From positions 15,376,001 to 15,440,000 of the forward strand of contig CM120646.1 in assembly GCA_051362555.1 (NCBI GenBank): DNA of 64,000 nt. Reading direction: 5' to 3'. The DNA comes from Lingula anatina. Its lineage: Eukaryota; Animalia; Brachiopoda. Numbering within the stretch: the stretch's first letter is position 1; each line of letters starts with the position of its first letter. Made by a program: the position numbers and the translations under genes. The notes under the pieces are model-generated. The model saw nothing but the letters and a program-made list of their open reading frames with translations, had not been told where the DNA came from and searched no databases. Shown piece by piece: positions 1 through 29,393 of the stretch.

Positions 1-266
1 CAATATTTGACGTGAATTTGATATCAATGATATGTTATGAAATAAATGAAGCCATGGGAAAAAGACTCATATAGTGCTTGACAAATATGTTGGCCTCTTT
101 CCGTTAATAAAAATATTATGTTGTAAATCAAAATGCATTTTGGCATTATCAAACAAAACAAAACATTACAGCAACTGGACAAAGTATACTCATTTAAATG
201 TTTATTTAAATTGGTTAACCAAGCTACTTTCAGTCTGCTTAACCTATTGTTAATACTTAATTGAAG

Positions 267-6585
<6,319 letters not shown>

Positions 6586-8514
6586 TACATATTGAAGCCA
6601 AGCAGAATTCAGCCATAGTGCAGGGCGTATGTGTATGGGGATTGCTTTTTTGCGACAAAATATAACCGTCCGAAACTAAGAGCTGTGAAGCCGTCGCTCG
6701 GGATATTGGATTAGAATTCACCACATTTCACGAAATAATTTCATTTTACGTAGAATATAGATTGTATTTGTTTTAAAACTGTTGCACGTGAAATCTTTTT
6801 CTAGTGTCGTGCATAATAGAATTATGTTCTCGTCTCAGCATAAATAATGTCTACAGTATCTTTCACACAAAAATGCATTTTTCAGTATTTTATTAGCAAC
6901 GAGGAGTGATTTATCATTTGTGAAGTATTTGAAGTTAAAATTTCACAATCGTCATAGTTGTGGATATGTTAAAACGTGTGTACAAGAGATAAATTGATAT
7001 TTGAATATACAAACAATTCGTTTCGTGATACAGAAATATTAATGAACTTTTTTAAAACTGCAGCTTGACATTGTTAAATGCGCTGGATATGAAAATAATT
7101 TTTTATAACTGATAATAAACTTACTGATTTTACATTTTCTTCCCACACTTGTAAGATTTTCCCGCGAAAAAATCAAACTTAAAACATTGGATCCTCCTTT
7201 CCTGACTCTCGCCATAATTCTGTTAAAAAAACTGTGTTAATTACAAGGCCCCTTTTTTTCAAATTCCGTCATCCATTCAAACTCAATTCTTAGCGACAAT
7301 AATATCCCGGAAGAGTATAGAGACACAAGAACTCTCCAAACAATCTCCAACATTTAAGAAGGTTGGTCTTCCACCAATGACAATAATTCCCTCAAGAATT
7401 TTTTGGATATAAGGAAAGGAATGTGTGAGTCTAATATAAATGTTCGAACCGTTTGCTAAATTTAATTTTAAGTTTTAGAAAATCCATTTTGTCACAGTGG
7501 GCCAGTATGAGAAGATATCCTGACTTTGTATTACCCATTGTTCTTGGTTGATTGTAACCTGTCTAACGTACAGATAGTAGGTGGCGTAAACGTCAATTCG
7601 CTGCAGACGTCATGACCGATCCTCTACCTAGCACTCCACCATCAAGCCCAGGAAAAATTTTACAGGGGGTATTGGGTGAGGAAAACGTGGTTTGCATTTC
7701 TTCCATCCTTTGAATAACAAAATTATTAAATAAATTAAATAATTTTGTCCTCAAAATTCATTGTTCACCATACGTTCATATGTATTTATATATATTGTTT
7801 CAAGTTGCAAAAAATTGTGTCAGAGTCTGTTGACTTATCCTGTTATATTCCTATGTTTTAATATTTAAATATTAATGGTACAATATCTTAAGAACGAAAT
7901 ACCTCAAGAACCTTTTGAAGGTAATAGGTCACGGATTAAAACAAAGATTAATGAATCGACGATACTTTTGCATTGGACTTTATTAAGACGATGGATATTA
8001 AAGGTTAAATATAGCAGGCCAAACTGCCTTTAGGTATTTCTCTTTGAAATAAACGCCAACTTTATTTTGGTATGGTGCCATAAAATTCAATCTTTCGATT
8101 GAATATTGCGTTTGACAAGTAGACAGATACTCTGTGATACGTCTTGCCATAAAGTCCGAGCATAAAATCATATTTCATCGGTATTTACTTATTACAACAA
8201 AAACACTGGCGGATACAGTATTTTGGAATAACAGAGAGGCGAGGCAAATTTAAAATAATAGACGCGTTCTGTCGGAATATATCCCCATATATCTTTCTAT
8301 ATTCACTTTCATATATTCACTAGCAAAATACTCTAATTAAGAAGGGCGCGGGTTAAAATAGAGGAAAAGAGAACAAAGCATCGTGGATCTGATTTTTTTA
8401 ATGCTTTATTAGAATTTATTGTTAACAAAACCACCAATAACAATAATACCTATAGAAACTACAAATTCTGAGAATTTGATGTTCTACCAACAACAACAAG
8501 GTATCTCCTATTTC

Positions 8515-9720
8515 CTATTTTTTACCCACGGGGATTTCAGTTGGAACAGCTTCGCTGCGGGTCTCGCGCAAAGTGAATGCTTTGAATGTGAAGGTATCCT
8601 CAAATTGCTCAAATGTGTAGACCCACTGCCAGATACACACGGTGCCGCCATCTTGGTCAATGTTGATTGTTCTCTCTATGGTAGATTCTGTGTGCCATTG
8701 TTCTTCATAAGTAGATGAGAACGAACCGCTGTACTTGGCGCTGACTGAAATGAATGAGAAGGCAGCGGAAAACGATACTTCCCACGCATGCGTCGTGGTC
8801 GAGGAGGAGGATATACTGGTGCCGACCTTCACGGAATACTTGAGCTGACCCTTGTGTACGTTCGCCCAGCAGGTGATTTTTTTCCAGGATCCGGAGACTT
8901 CGGGCTGTGGAACGATCGTAACCTTGGCGTTATTGTTATTTTTCTGCACAAAATCAAACTTATTGTTGTAGTTTGTACCTTTGTGTATAATCAGGTCCGA
9001 CTGCCATTTCGGTTTTTCGGTGTTGAAGGGATACGGATGGACATAACTTCCCCCAGCATGTCTGATGTAGCCGTTCTCTTCATCGATTGTGAAGAGAGCT
9101 GAAGAATAGCAATTTTTATGCGGGAAAACTGCAGTGTTATCGCCAGGCTTGGCCCAACCGCCGAAGGGGTTCAGGCAGTGGCCCCCCGAACCAACCACTT
9201 TCAGATAGCCATAGTGTCCCTCGACTTGCTGCCATTCAAGCTCATCTGCATTTTTGCAGTTGTCTGCCCGGAATTTCTCATAGTGATGACCCCAGCTCCA
9301 CCAATCTACATAGTCATAGCACAACCTACTAGACCTATGTCTTAAGATGAACCGCGGGCTGGTGTAGGCATCTGAAACCAAAAAATATCCAGTTGACTAT
9401 TCAAGTGTCAATCTATCAATGAGGCAAATAATGTGACCACAATTAGTCTGCATTTAATCACAATAAAAAGCACGTTGACCTGTCCTCAACCAGAATGTGG
9501 AAAGAAGCCCAAAAAATGCGTTCACTTGCAAAATACGGACTACACTGTGATGGAGCCCCTTCAAACTTCCTACCGTTTCAGTCTGCAACTCTGCGTTCTT
9601 ATAGCTTACAGTGAAACAACCCTGGGCGCGACAAAACAGTTATTCAGTTATTTGTCAGAACTCACCTATTGCAGCCAACAGCGTCAAAGACAGTAGTATC
9701 AAAGTGAGGAACAAACGCAT
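8515..9720 (-). CDS. Secreted chimera-type mytilectin-like protein: signal peptide + beta-trefoil lectin + pore-forming (CEL-III/aerolysin-like) C-terminal domain, ~303 aa
   Basis: Exon 1 (9666-9720) encodes MRLFLTLILLSLTLLAAI followed by a GTGAG donor. A phase-1 intron joins it to exon 2 (8515-9371). The N-domain parallels MytiLec-1 (FILRHRSS / YGYLKVVGSG..LNPFGGWAKPGDNT..H / ALFTID..IRHAGGSYVHP..LIIH..FDFV..KVTIV). The C-domain is Ser/Thr-rich with alternating beta pattern (GSWKKITC..KYSVKVGTS..HAWEVSFSAAFSFISVSAKYSGS..W..TVCIWQW). Confidence 0.85.
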
Positions 9721-9807
9721 CTTTTGGCAGTTACGAACGTGGATCGTGGCTGATCGTACGTCTCCCAAAGGACAGATGGACGACTAACGAGCGTAAAAGC
9801 AGGGGTA

Positions 9808-9813
9808 TTTATA
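9808..9813 (-). promoter_or_regulatory. Candidate TATA box of the lectin-toxin gene
   Basis: TATAAA on the minus strand about 90 bp upstream of the ATG at 9720. Confidence 0.5.
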
Positions 9814-12371
9814 CGTTTTCACACGGGACATTTGCACATGACTTACCATAAAAGGCAATGGCGAAGTGGGTGTCACAAATCGAATCATGTGGCAGTTCCC
9901 CATTGGTTAGTCTAAGGTACCAGTGGTCTGTATTGGAAGGACGAATTATATTCGTTTTCGGAACCAATCCAGCCGTGCTTAATTTGTGTCGCGCAATAGC
10001 CAACGCCCCAAAAAGCAAACAGCAACTGGAACTAACTTGAGTAAGAGTCACATGTGTGCCACTCTAGGGTGTGTCTGCGACTTATGTTAGGCCCTGCATG
10101 TACATGTATGAAAGTATATCGGAGTTTATTCAACGAAACTGCATTTACACAGACAAAATGTTATTTTTTGAAGACTGGGCGAATTTTTCGCTGTCAACAC
10201 TGTAACAGTGAACACGCAAAACTGAATTATTTCGAATGGCAAAAAAAAAGATTTGAAGTAAGAGAGTCATCGATATGTGATCTGTAGCTAAGTGTCGGTA
10301 ACATCCGGAAATGAATGACACTCATTTGTTTCCAATGAATTAATTGACATTTTCATGCATCGTCTTGGCAAACGGCCACTATTATATGTTATGTTTTTTT
10401 ACTCTTTTCTTCATCCCTGTGGGTATAAAAAAGAAAAGAGCACGATTGAGTAAGTCTGGGAGATTGACCATGAAGACAGAACACCAATTTTGTAGTTATT
10501 TTAAGAGTAAGATCTCAGAACAGGCCATAGAAAGTGTTTCTCTAATTCTTTGTACGTGGGATTCACATAGGATGTTTAACAACTGCCACATTGTTGCATT
10601 ATTTTAGTTGGACGAGAAGCCGTTAATCAATACAGCAGCATGTTAATAATGTGTCACAATATAAGATGCTCAATTTATCATGTTCTCTAATGTCGGTCTT
10701 AGCACGCCGGCGTTACGAAACGGTGTCCAGGCGGCCCCTATTTGAAACTAAACCCTAGATTAAGTTTGCCACGGGTACAATACGATGAAATAGCGTACAA
10801 TTTTTGACATCGTCAGAAACTACGGGCTAAGGCGAGTATGTTTACAAAGTTCGGGTGACATGGCATTTTTCCGACACCACCTTGAGGTCAAGTAGGGAAA
10901 TGAGGTTTTTCGATTAAAAATCAACCTACTCCAGCTATTTTTTTTTTTTATAATTCAAATCCAGTCAGGTTTTTGATGGCATTTAAACTATGCACATGTA
11001 AGATATAATCGATTCTACATTTACTAGCTGTGCACTCATACCCGCTTTCAGCGGGTCCTAGACATTACCATTGTAATTAAAGTTTACTGAAGTTGGACGT
11101 GTTCCTTACAAAAAATATCAGCGTCATTGGTCGACTTCATTTCATGGTTGCGTTTTCTAACCGGAAAAGGTCCATTTTGCAATTCTTTAAAAGTAAACGG
11201 GTGTTTTGCTCAGAGAATGAAATTAAATCATTAGTTATGAGAACATTTCACACTCGAGGACTTCACTGAAGCGACAGACAATCAGACATTTTACTTATGT
11301 TTTGACAGCAATTGTGTACAAAAATGCATTAGGAAAGAGTTTTTCTTCCGCGTTCATTTAACAAAAATCAGTTATTCACTAGTTAGCCTTGCTGTTTTTA
11401 GATGATAAGGTTGCTTGCGTGCATTCTATCACTATAACAATCTTTTTTCTACATTCAAATCTGAATACAAAGGTTTTAAGCAAAACAACAACAATAAATA
11501 TAATAATTTTTGTTCTTATTATTATCATCACCAACTGACAGAAATAATTCATCCCATCACTTGAACAGTGCTCTTTCTTTTTAGAATGGTAGGGTTCTTA
11601 TTTCGTTTGTTCGATGTTTACAACGGCTAACGCAATATTACTACTATTACCACTACTAATAATACTAACAATGGATGTATTAACAATAATCAAAGAAATA
11701 CCTTCTACATAACAGTTCAGTTTACGTATTACTAACTACTTTTTAGATTTAAAACTGTAAACTAGCCTGTATAGTCTGAATAACTTCAGAACACGTATTA
11801 GAACACATTGGGAACACACCAGACCACAGCTGAACTTTGTTCATCTGATGGTGTTTAAATGTAATGCTTGAACAAAAGCGAAGGCACCGTTTTCTTTTTC
11901 CCCTCTTGACAACTTGCTTACAGGATTGAAGTATTTACCAACTCATGGTTAGTTTTGATATCTGAGGCGATCCAGCCAAGCTTCTCCAGTTTCAAATTTT
12001 TATACGAACTTAAACAGCGTTCATTAAAAGATTACTGTACTAATCACAAATGTCAGATTGGTTTTTTAAGGATCAATCGTCCTTTTGCAGAACCAGGTTT
12101 CTGTATGTGCGTCGGTGATTGGCTATGTAAACTAATCAAACGGTCAGGGTATGATAATCAGACATCTGAAGATTTGTAGAGATTTGAAATGAAGAAGGTC
12201 ACAAGCATTGAACATGACGCTTGCTTGGTATTTGAAACGTATAACCACTAACTGAACACATATTGATAAATGCCTTTACAAGTGCTGTATATAAGGCTGT
12301 AAGTACTTTAGTGCATAAAATATCTCAATACAAAAATAAATGAACTTCTGTCTAAACTATATGGTCCTCTG

Positions 12372-22286
<9,915 letters not shown>

Positions 22287-22615
22287 TATGTATCACAGAT
22301 TGCAGCTGTTTCCTGCAGCCTTAAAGTGTGATTTGTGCAGGAGGGAACCGAACAAATAACCTACGGATGCGCGTGCCCGGCGTGACTTTGTTTCGGTCTG
22401 TGAACTTCCGGTTTATTTAGAGTTGATAGTTATATTTTAAAAAGTAAAATATTGTTTGCTATGTTAAAGAAAATATAGAACTTGAATTTAACCTTAAGTG
22501 AGAATAAGTGTGTTGGTTTTATTACAATACACTTTTCTTCCTCACGTAATGCGTGATCACGCGTCACGTCCGGTGAGGTCACTGGAGAACGGTGTTTTCC
22601 TACTTGGCATTTAAA
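22287..22615. promoter_or_regulatory. Probable bidirectional promoter between GK and the TNFR-like gene
   Basis: The two start codons diverge ~330 bp apart. The interval is locally CpG-enriched, with an ETS-like ACTTCCGGT (~22404), an NRF1-like TGCGCGTGC (~22368) and a bZIP-like GTCACGTC (~22563). Confidence 0.6.
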
Positions 22616-23029
22616 ATGTTATTTAATACGTTCCTAGTAGCTGTTGCCGTCTTTACGAAGGTAATGGACTTCATTAATACACTCAGATTACTCCAAGCGA
22701 TTGTAATTTTGTTTCACTTTCAGTTTTGTAGTCAAAAGATGATTCAAATCCACCGAATAGACACGGAAGAGTGAAAAATATGGGGGAATCCCGTTCTATA
22801 AATAGCTCACGTTTTGTTCTAGTGTTGATTTCGAACTGTCAGATATGATGAATGAAATTAACAGTTCTTTACGTGGGTAATTTGGGGAGTTTTAATTGTA
22901 TTTCTGGGGGCCTGTATTCAAACTGAAAATGGGTGAAATTTGGACAAAAATAAAACAAATGTCAATGATTTAGCGCCTTACATATACAATTTAATTAAGG
23001 TGCATGTGTGTGTGTGTGTGTGTTTGTGT

Positions 23030-23076
<47 letters not shown>

Positions 23077-23627
23077 CACATGTAGTATAAGGTTTTCTTG
23101 CAAAAAGCCCATCATACTTTAATGCATTTGCATGGTCCAAACGATGTTTTTCACCAGCTAACCAAACTTTGACCCTCCTTCCCTGGCATTTACCAACTCT
23201 GTAACAATTATCTGGGAAAATGAAAAAAGACACATAATATATACTATTATAGTATGTATTACAATCTACCCACTCTTAATTACTCAAATTCTGTCATTCC
23301 TTAGAGCACACCACACCATTATCAGTTAAGATGTTTGGCTGACAGTCAGGATATGGTTAATTTGATAATTTTGAGAAAATTTCTCATTTTTACAACACAA
23401 ATTCATGGAATATGTCTGTTAAAATGTGATCAGAAAAATTCAGAAGTATAATATACATGTCCTTGGATAAGTGAAATTAACAGTATGGTTTCTTAGTTAG
23501 TGAACTTCATTTAAAATCATAGACCTAACTGTTGTTAAATGAAAGGCATTATCAGAGTGATTTTGTTGAAAAAAACAGAGAATTTAGACTTTTAAACCTT
23601 TCGGATATCAGGGCAAACCCAGTACAG

Positions 23628-23689
<62 letters not shown>

Positions 23690-25582
23690 CAATATTTAAA
23701 TGTTAAATTAAGTTAAATAGAGTGCTGAGACTGATTAAAATTTAGTGCACCTATACAGTTCAAAGATCATTATCATACATGATTATTATGTTTCTTTTGT
23801 TTTTGTAGTGTATTGCTGGTGCAACAGTTATTTCAGTACCTATACCAAATGCTACAGAATTTAGCAAAGAAGTATTCAGGAACTATAGTATCCAGAATAA
23901 TAATGTAACCCAGGGCAACAATAATAGTATACCAGAACCCAAAGTAAGGCATGTAACTGCTAGTCCGACTCAGCCAGTTAATTTTACTACAGGTAAGAAT
24001 ACCTTATGTTAAATTAATTGTGACATTAAATTTGATATTTTTGTGTATGCCCATTTTGAGTTTATTTATTTATTTATTATATCCATCCATGTTTGGACTA
24101 ACAGAAAGCCTTGTTTTGATAGTTTTATAGTAATTGTTCATTTTAATTGAGCTAGTCCTCTTAATTAAGATGATTTTTTTCTTTTAGTTTGGGCATTTTT
24201 TTTCACTATTCAGTATTTTAAAGAGGCTTGATTATAAATTATATATAAATTGTACTAATTTTAGGCCCTGCCACTAAAACAACCACCACACCTCGCCACC
24301 AGGGTCCCTGTAAATGGTATGAGGTAAGTCCAAGTATTCAGGTAATGAGGTATTTATATATGTACTAGTATACTGGACCATATATATACAGAGATCGATA
24401 TTTGTATACTCCAGTATTGGTATGAGACCTTGCATATGTGTTGGACATTTGAGGTACATTTGAGGTACTGTTAAAATATAGAGATGTTATGTGACCGTGG
24501 CGATATGCTGATCCCTAGCAGACAAGCTTCAGTGCAGATGGAGGGCAGCCTGAAGCCACTACAAAGAAACATTTTGCTTCACTCGACATTCTGTAGAGCA
24601 TCCCTCAGTAAAAAATACCTTTATACTGGATAAATTCTCCTGACATTCTCGACTTAATAATATCTAGGTATAATATGCAATCGAAATGTCACTGTTCTCC
24701 AAGAAGGTTAAATCTATGACTCTAATTTTCAGTATTTTAGAGGTCTCAATCAATTCAACTGAGATATAGTCGAGAATGTCAATAGACTGTGTTCAAGTTT
24801 TTATTACTAAGGGTAAACATATATTACTCATATACTAGTGTATTAATTGGTACAAGGTATGTGCAGGTATTGAGGTGGTTGGCACAATATTACATACAAT
24901 ATTACACATATTACTCAGGCATGAAGTGCTGGTATATTGGTAGGAAGTTCATTTTAGTATAACCGTTGAGGTTTTTGGTAATGTGGGGGACTTATTTTGA
25001 ATAATCAGTTATCATTATATTTATAGTAATTATTTATTTTATGCACATTTTTCTTTCTTTATCCTTTTTGGTTGGTATAGAAAGTGGTTACAGAAAGTGG
25101 GAGACAGGTCTGTGGGCCTAGAAAACAATGTCCTCAAGGATATGAGCCTCCTTCACCGGCAGGTAACCACATGGGACTCATGCTTACATTTTGAAATTTT
25201 GTTTATTTATGTACATGTATATCATTGCATTTTTGTTTTGCACGTAGAATGACTTAATTTATATATAATGTAATATTAAATATAATGACTTAATTTATAT
25301 ATAATGTAATATTAGATATAATATAATATTATATTATATGTAATATAATATTCAATAAAACTGATTCAACCCACCCTTTAGCCAGACCTGGCTTTATACA
25401 CACCCATTTTTAGCAGTAACTGTTCCTACTTTCCTTGCAGTCATTGCCACACTAAGTCCTTTGTCAGACTGGGAGTGTGAGAGGTGTAAGCAGGGGTGGT
25501 TTCAAAATGCCACAGGACATGTTTACTGCACCAGTTGTCTTGTCAGAGGATATTGTCCACGGGGTGAGTGCTCTCTCTCTCC

Positions 25583-25625
<43 letters not shown>

Positions 25626-28600
25626 CAACAAACCTTATAACCTTTCCTCTTTATATCTTAAATGTAAGTTAGCTGACATTTAAAGGACAATGTTCATGTA
25701 AAAATCCATTTCTCGAATTTTGAAGATACAGCACTCAATCTATACACTAGAGGTATGTTTTAATCGATCCCCGCCATTTAAAAATTATAAAAACAATCTA
25801 TTAGTAGAAAAAAAAGCGTTTTAGTAAACCTCACCTCAATATGCAAAAATGAAGCAACAGATCTGGGTCACGTGGTACTGTGACGACAATCACGATAAAG
25901 GTCTATGAGACTCAACTGAGCTGCATACAGACGTGGTGCATACAGACGGAGAAGTTAAGGAAAGTTGTGTTGAACGGAGTTGAGGAATTTTCGTTATGCC
26001 TCGGTGTGTTGCCGTGGGATTCACCAAAATTGCAGCTCTCGTTGACAATCTTTCTTTGTCTGTGACGGTCTTCCGTGACTTACTTACTAACTTCGGTGAC
26101 AATAGTTGCGATGCTCTAGATCATGGTCACCTCAGGTGGTTTAGATCATATCAAGAGCTGGTAGTCTTTCAGATTAACTGTCATCAGTTGGCAAACTTAC
26201 TGATTGCTGATGCATTTTAAATGCATTGTAGTTGACCAAAAGCTCGTTTACAACAAACCTGTTAATTATGCACCGCTGCAATTCCCAAGCCAGGTAATAA
26301 CAGGTATGAAACTCGTCTTGGTGGGCTTTCATATTTTTCAATATATCTCATTTATTTCATGGGGTTATTTTATTGGTATTTGTAAATGACGTTAAATATC
26401 AATACTTAAACAATTAAGTTCAAACACGGTCGCGAACATTAATAAAAGAAATTGCTCTCAGGGTATCTTGAAGGAAAAAGAGCGTTATATTAAAGAAAAA
26501 AGGGGAACTGCTATAATAAAATGGTTCGTTATCCTAATTCGTTTATGCTTTGAGGATTTGTTTCTGATGATTATTTCATCTGAAATATTAAATAATTTAA
26601 AAGATTGATTATTTTATAACTTGAAATGCAAATTCTGCGTCAGTACGCAATTTTTTTTTTGCAAATTTGTAAGCTTATAACGATATAAAGATCTACTCAA
26701 GAAAAAAATTTGCTTGGGTAAAATTGAGTACGGAATGAACTGGAGACACTTGGCTTGTCATTAAGTTTACACGAAAATATGTCAGGTAACTTTATACTGT
26801 CTTTGAAAGAGTAAAGATTGAAATATAATTTTAGACAAACTTTGACGGGGGAAATACCTACAAAGAGTAATGGGCTATTTCGCCAACATCTTGTTGAAAA
26901 TTTTACACTGCAATTCTATTCAAATAAGCTAAGGAACTAATTGCCAAATTAATACTCTCATCACATAACAGCTAGGGGGGTAACCAGACCTGCAAAAATT
27001 GTACGCACATATTTAAAAAGATTACAAGCACATACAGCAAAATGTAGACTTACGCAAAACATGAAGGACAGCGTAATCACAGCAAATGTACCTCATATAG
27101 TAGCTTAATTTCCATTAATAATAAAATCATCATTTAAGTCAAAAATATTCTTGCGATTTAATAACTATTTTAATTTACCCAGAACGGTATATTTATTTTA
27201 AAGGCGGTTAACTGAAATATAGTTTTATGATTTGTTTGTGAAAATTGCCCATGTCACCCTGTTAGTTTGGAGGTCTAAGCTGGATCAAGTCCGTGTTAAA
27301 ATTCCTATGAAGTTGTGCAGGAAAAATTCTTCCTTTCTTTCTCTAGCTCCTCGATAAACCTGGTGTTCAGATTTTATCTAGTACCCCCAGGTCTACGGGA
27401 GCTGCGCTTTGTAACTAACGCACAGGTAGAATTTTACCTGAGATAACTGGAGTAAAGCTTAGATAGAGTGTGCGTTCGATACAAGCAAGACAAATTGAAT
27501 GCCATTTAACTCTCTAATTAAGAGGTAAAGGAAGTTCCAGTTAGATGGATGATTAAGATGGGACTTGTAAAGGTAACGGGCATCGTTTACCTCAGTTTAA
27601 GAAAAGTATGCAAGACGGAGTGTCAGCGGTTTAATAAAATAAATTGAATTTCACAAATAACATGGACCTCATATGCAATAATCAACATTTCCCTTAACTC
27701 ATTCAAATCCAGTGTTTTATACAACTTGGGATAACCATAATGAAATGCTTGTTAAAGAAATGACAAGACGGGAAATGGTTTTACACAGCTTCACGAGGAT
27801 TTAGACCCCTCGGGTAAGAGATTTGAATGAGTATAAACTTTTATCAGAAGCCAGAGAAGTCATCTTACAGGTAGACAATGCAGCTCAGTTTGACAGCTAA
27901 GCACGCTCTGTTCTCCAGTGGCTCGATTGTCGTCATTGGACCACGTGACCACGTAGCTCATTAACTCCCAGGCCGAGCAAATAGGACGTTTTTTAAAGCC
28001 AAAAATTTACAAAATGAGTTTTTAATTTGTGTATTTGGATAAAGATATCGTTAGTTGGGCATGTTTTCTGAAGAATATGTTCCGTTCAGGCCATTCTGAC
28101 GGCATGAAGCAAACCCTTTAAATATTACAGGTAGGAGTAAATTGTAAAGCATTCATTGAGAAAAATGTTTACTTATATAATTAAGAACGCTATAATTTCA
28201 GTATACATTCTTCTCAAGTAACTTGAAACAGTGATTTCATAAGAAACATTATTTGATTTGCAGAGAAACCTTATTTGATCAGGAATTGCAGTGTTGAACA
28301 AGATGGCTTCTGCTCACATTGCCCTCTTGGACAAGCTTGGAACCTAATTGAAGGGTGCGGAATCGATTGAAAGTTGTTCAACATGCAGTAAAATTACTAT
28401 ATTTAACATTTGTAATATTTTTGTATTTTGGCTTAGCCTGATTTTCATGCTGGCTTCTTCACCCTCAAGATCTGGTGCCTCAGCGGTAGCCAAACAAAAA
28501 TCTTTTTGTTTTTTTTTTTTATGGAGATTAAAAATTATATGGAGGCCCGAATCAAATCTGATAGCTCAGGATTTTGCTTGGCATCAATCGATATATCATG

Positions 28601-29355
28601 ACATGTAAAGTTAGTCTTAAAATACTGTAATAGATCAACGAATACAGTTTCTCTTAGTCATAATGATAATAATTGATAATTGTCTATTGCACTATGTCAG
28701 GTGGTGTCAGGATTGTTCTTGCTGCCTCAAAGAATACACTGAAACCATCACTGGTACCAGGTGGAATAAAACTGACCACCCTCGGCCAGAGTGCTTAGCC
28801 AGACCAGATGTTAACGGTCCACTGCAGTGTCTCCCAGACTATGCAGCAAAGATATATTGTGAGACGGATTCAATCAATGTCCAGCCTTCTTCTGAAGTTC
28901 AGGGTCAGTATAGTATAGATTAAATAATATATAGGTAAATTGAAGGACATTGTCACAAAAAAAAAACAAAAAAACAAAAAACAAGCAATGTTTTTATAAG
29001 GAAAATTTTTTGCAGTATGTTTTAATATTTCATAATGTGATCATCCAAAGTATAATTATGTAAGGATGATTCCAACTAATTGTGAAGGTGATATATATTC
29101 AGGTACATGTACAAAGTTTTACTATTGTTCTTCATTTATTTTATTTTAGATAAACCCCGATGGATAATTAATATCGCAGTACCTTCTGGTTTAGTATTTA
29201 TTGTTATAATTGCCGCAATTATTTTAATCACTTGGAGCTGTCAGAGAAAGCATCAGTCTAACATCAGACAACCAATTCAAGCTTCAAGTTCTGGGGTAAC
29301 ATTACATGTCATAAAACTCAAAGATAAAAAGATTAAAGTGATAGATATAAAAAAA

Positions 29356-29393
<38 letters not shown>

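Noticed and set aside
8419-9345. Plus-strand ORFs of 75-104 aa
   Set aside because: They are antisense shadows of the lectin-toxin exon.
8515-9381. Bacterial contaminant or recent HGT toxin ORF starting at 9381
   Set aside because: It has a spliceosomal intron, a signal-peptide exon and a TATA box. The ORF-track start lies within the intron.
10690-11400. GC-richer intergenic patch, possibly a TE remnant or ncRNA (similar patch at ~7560-7700)
   Set aside because: No termini, second copy, tRNA fold or coding signal could be established by eye.
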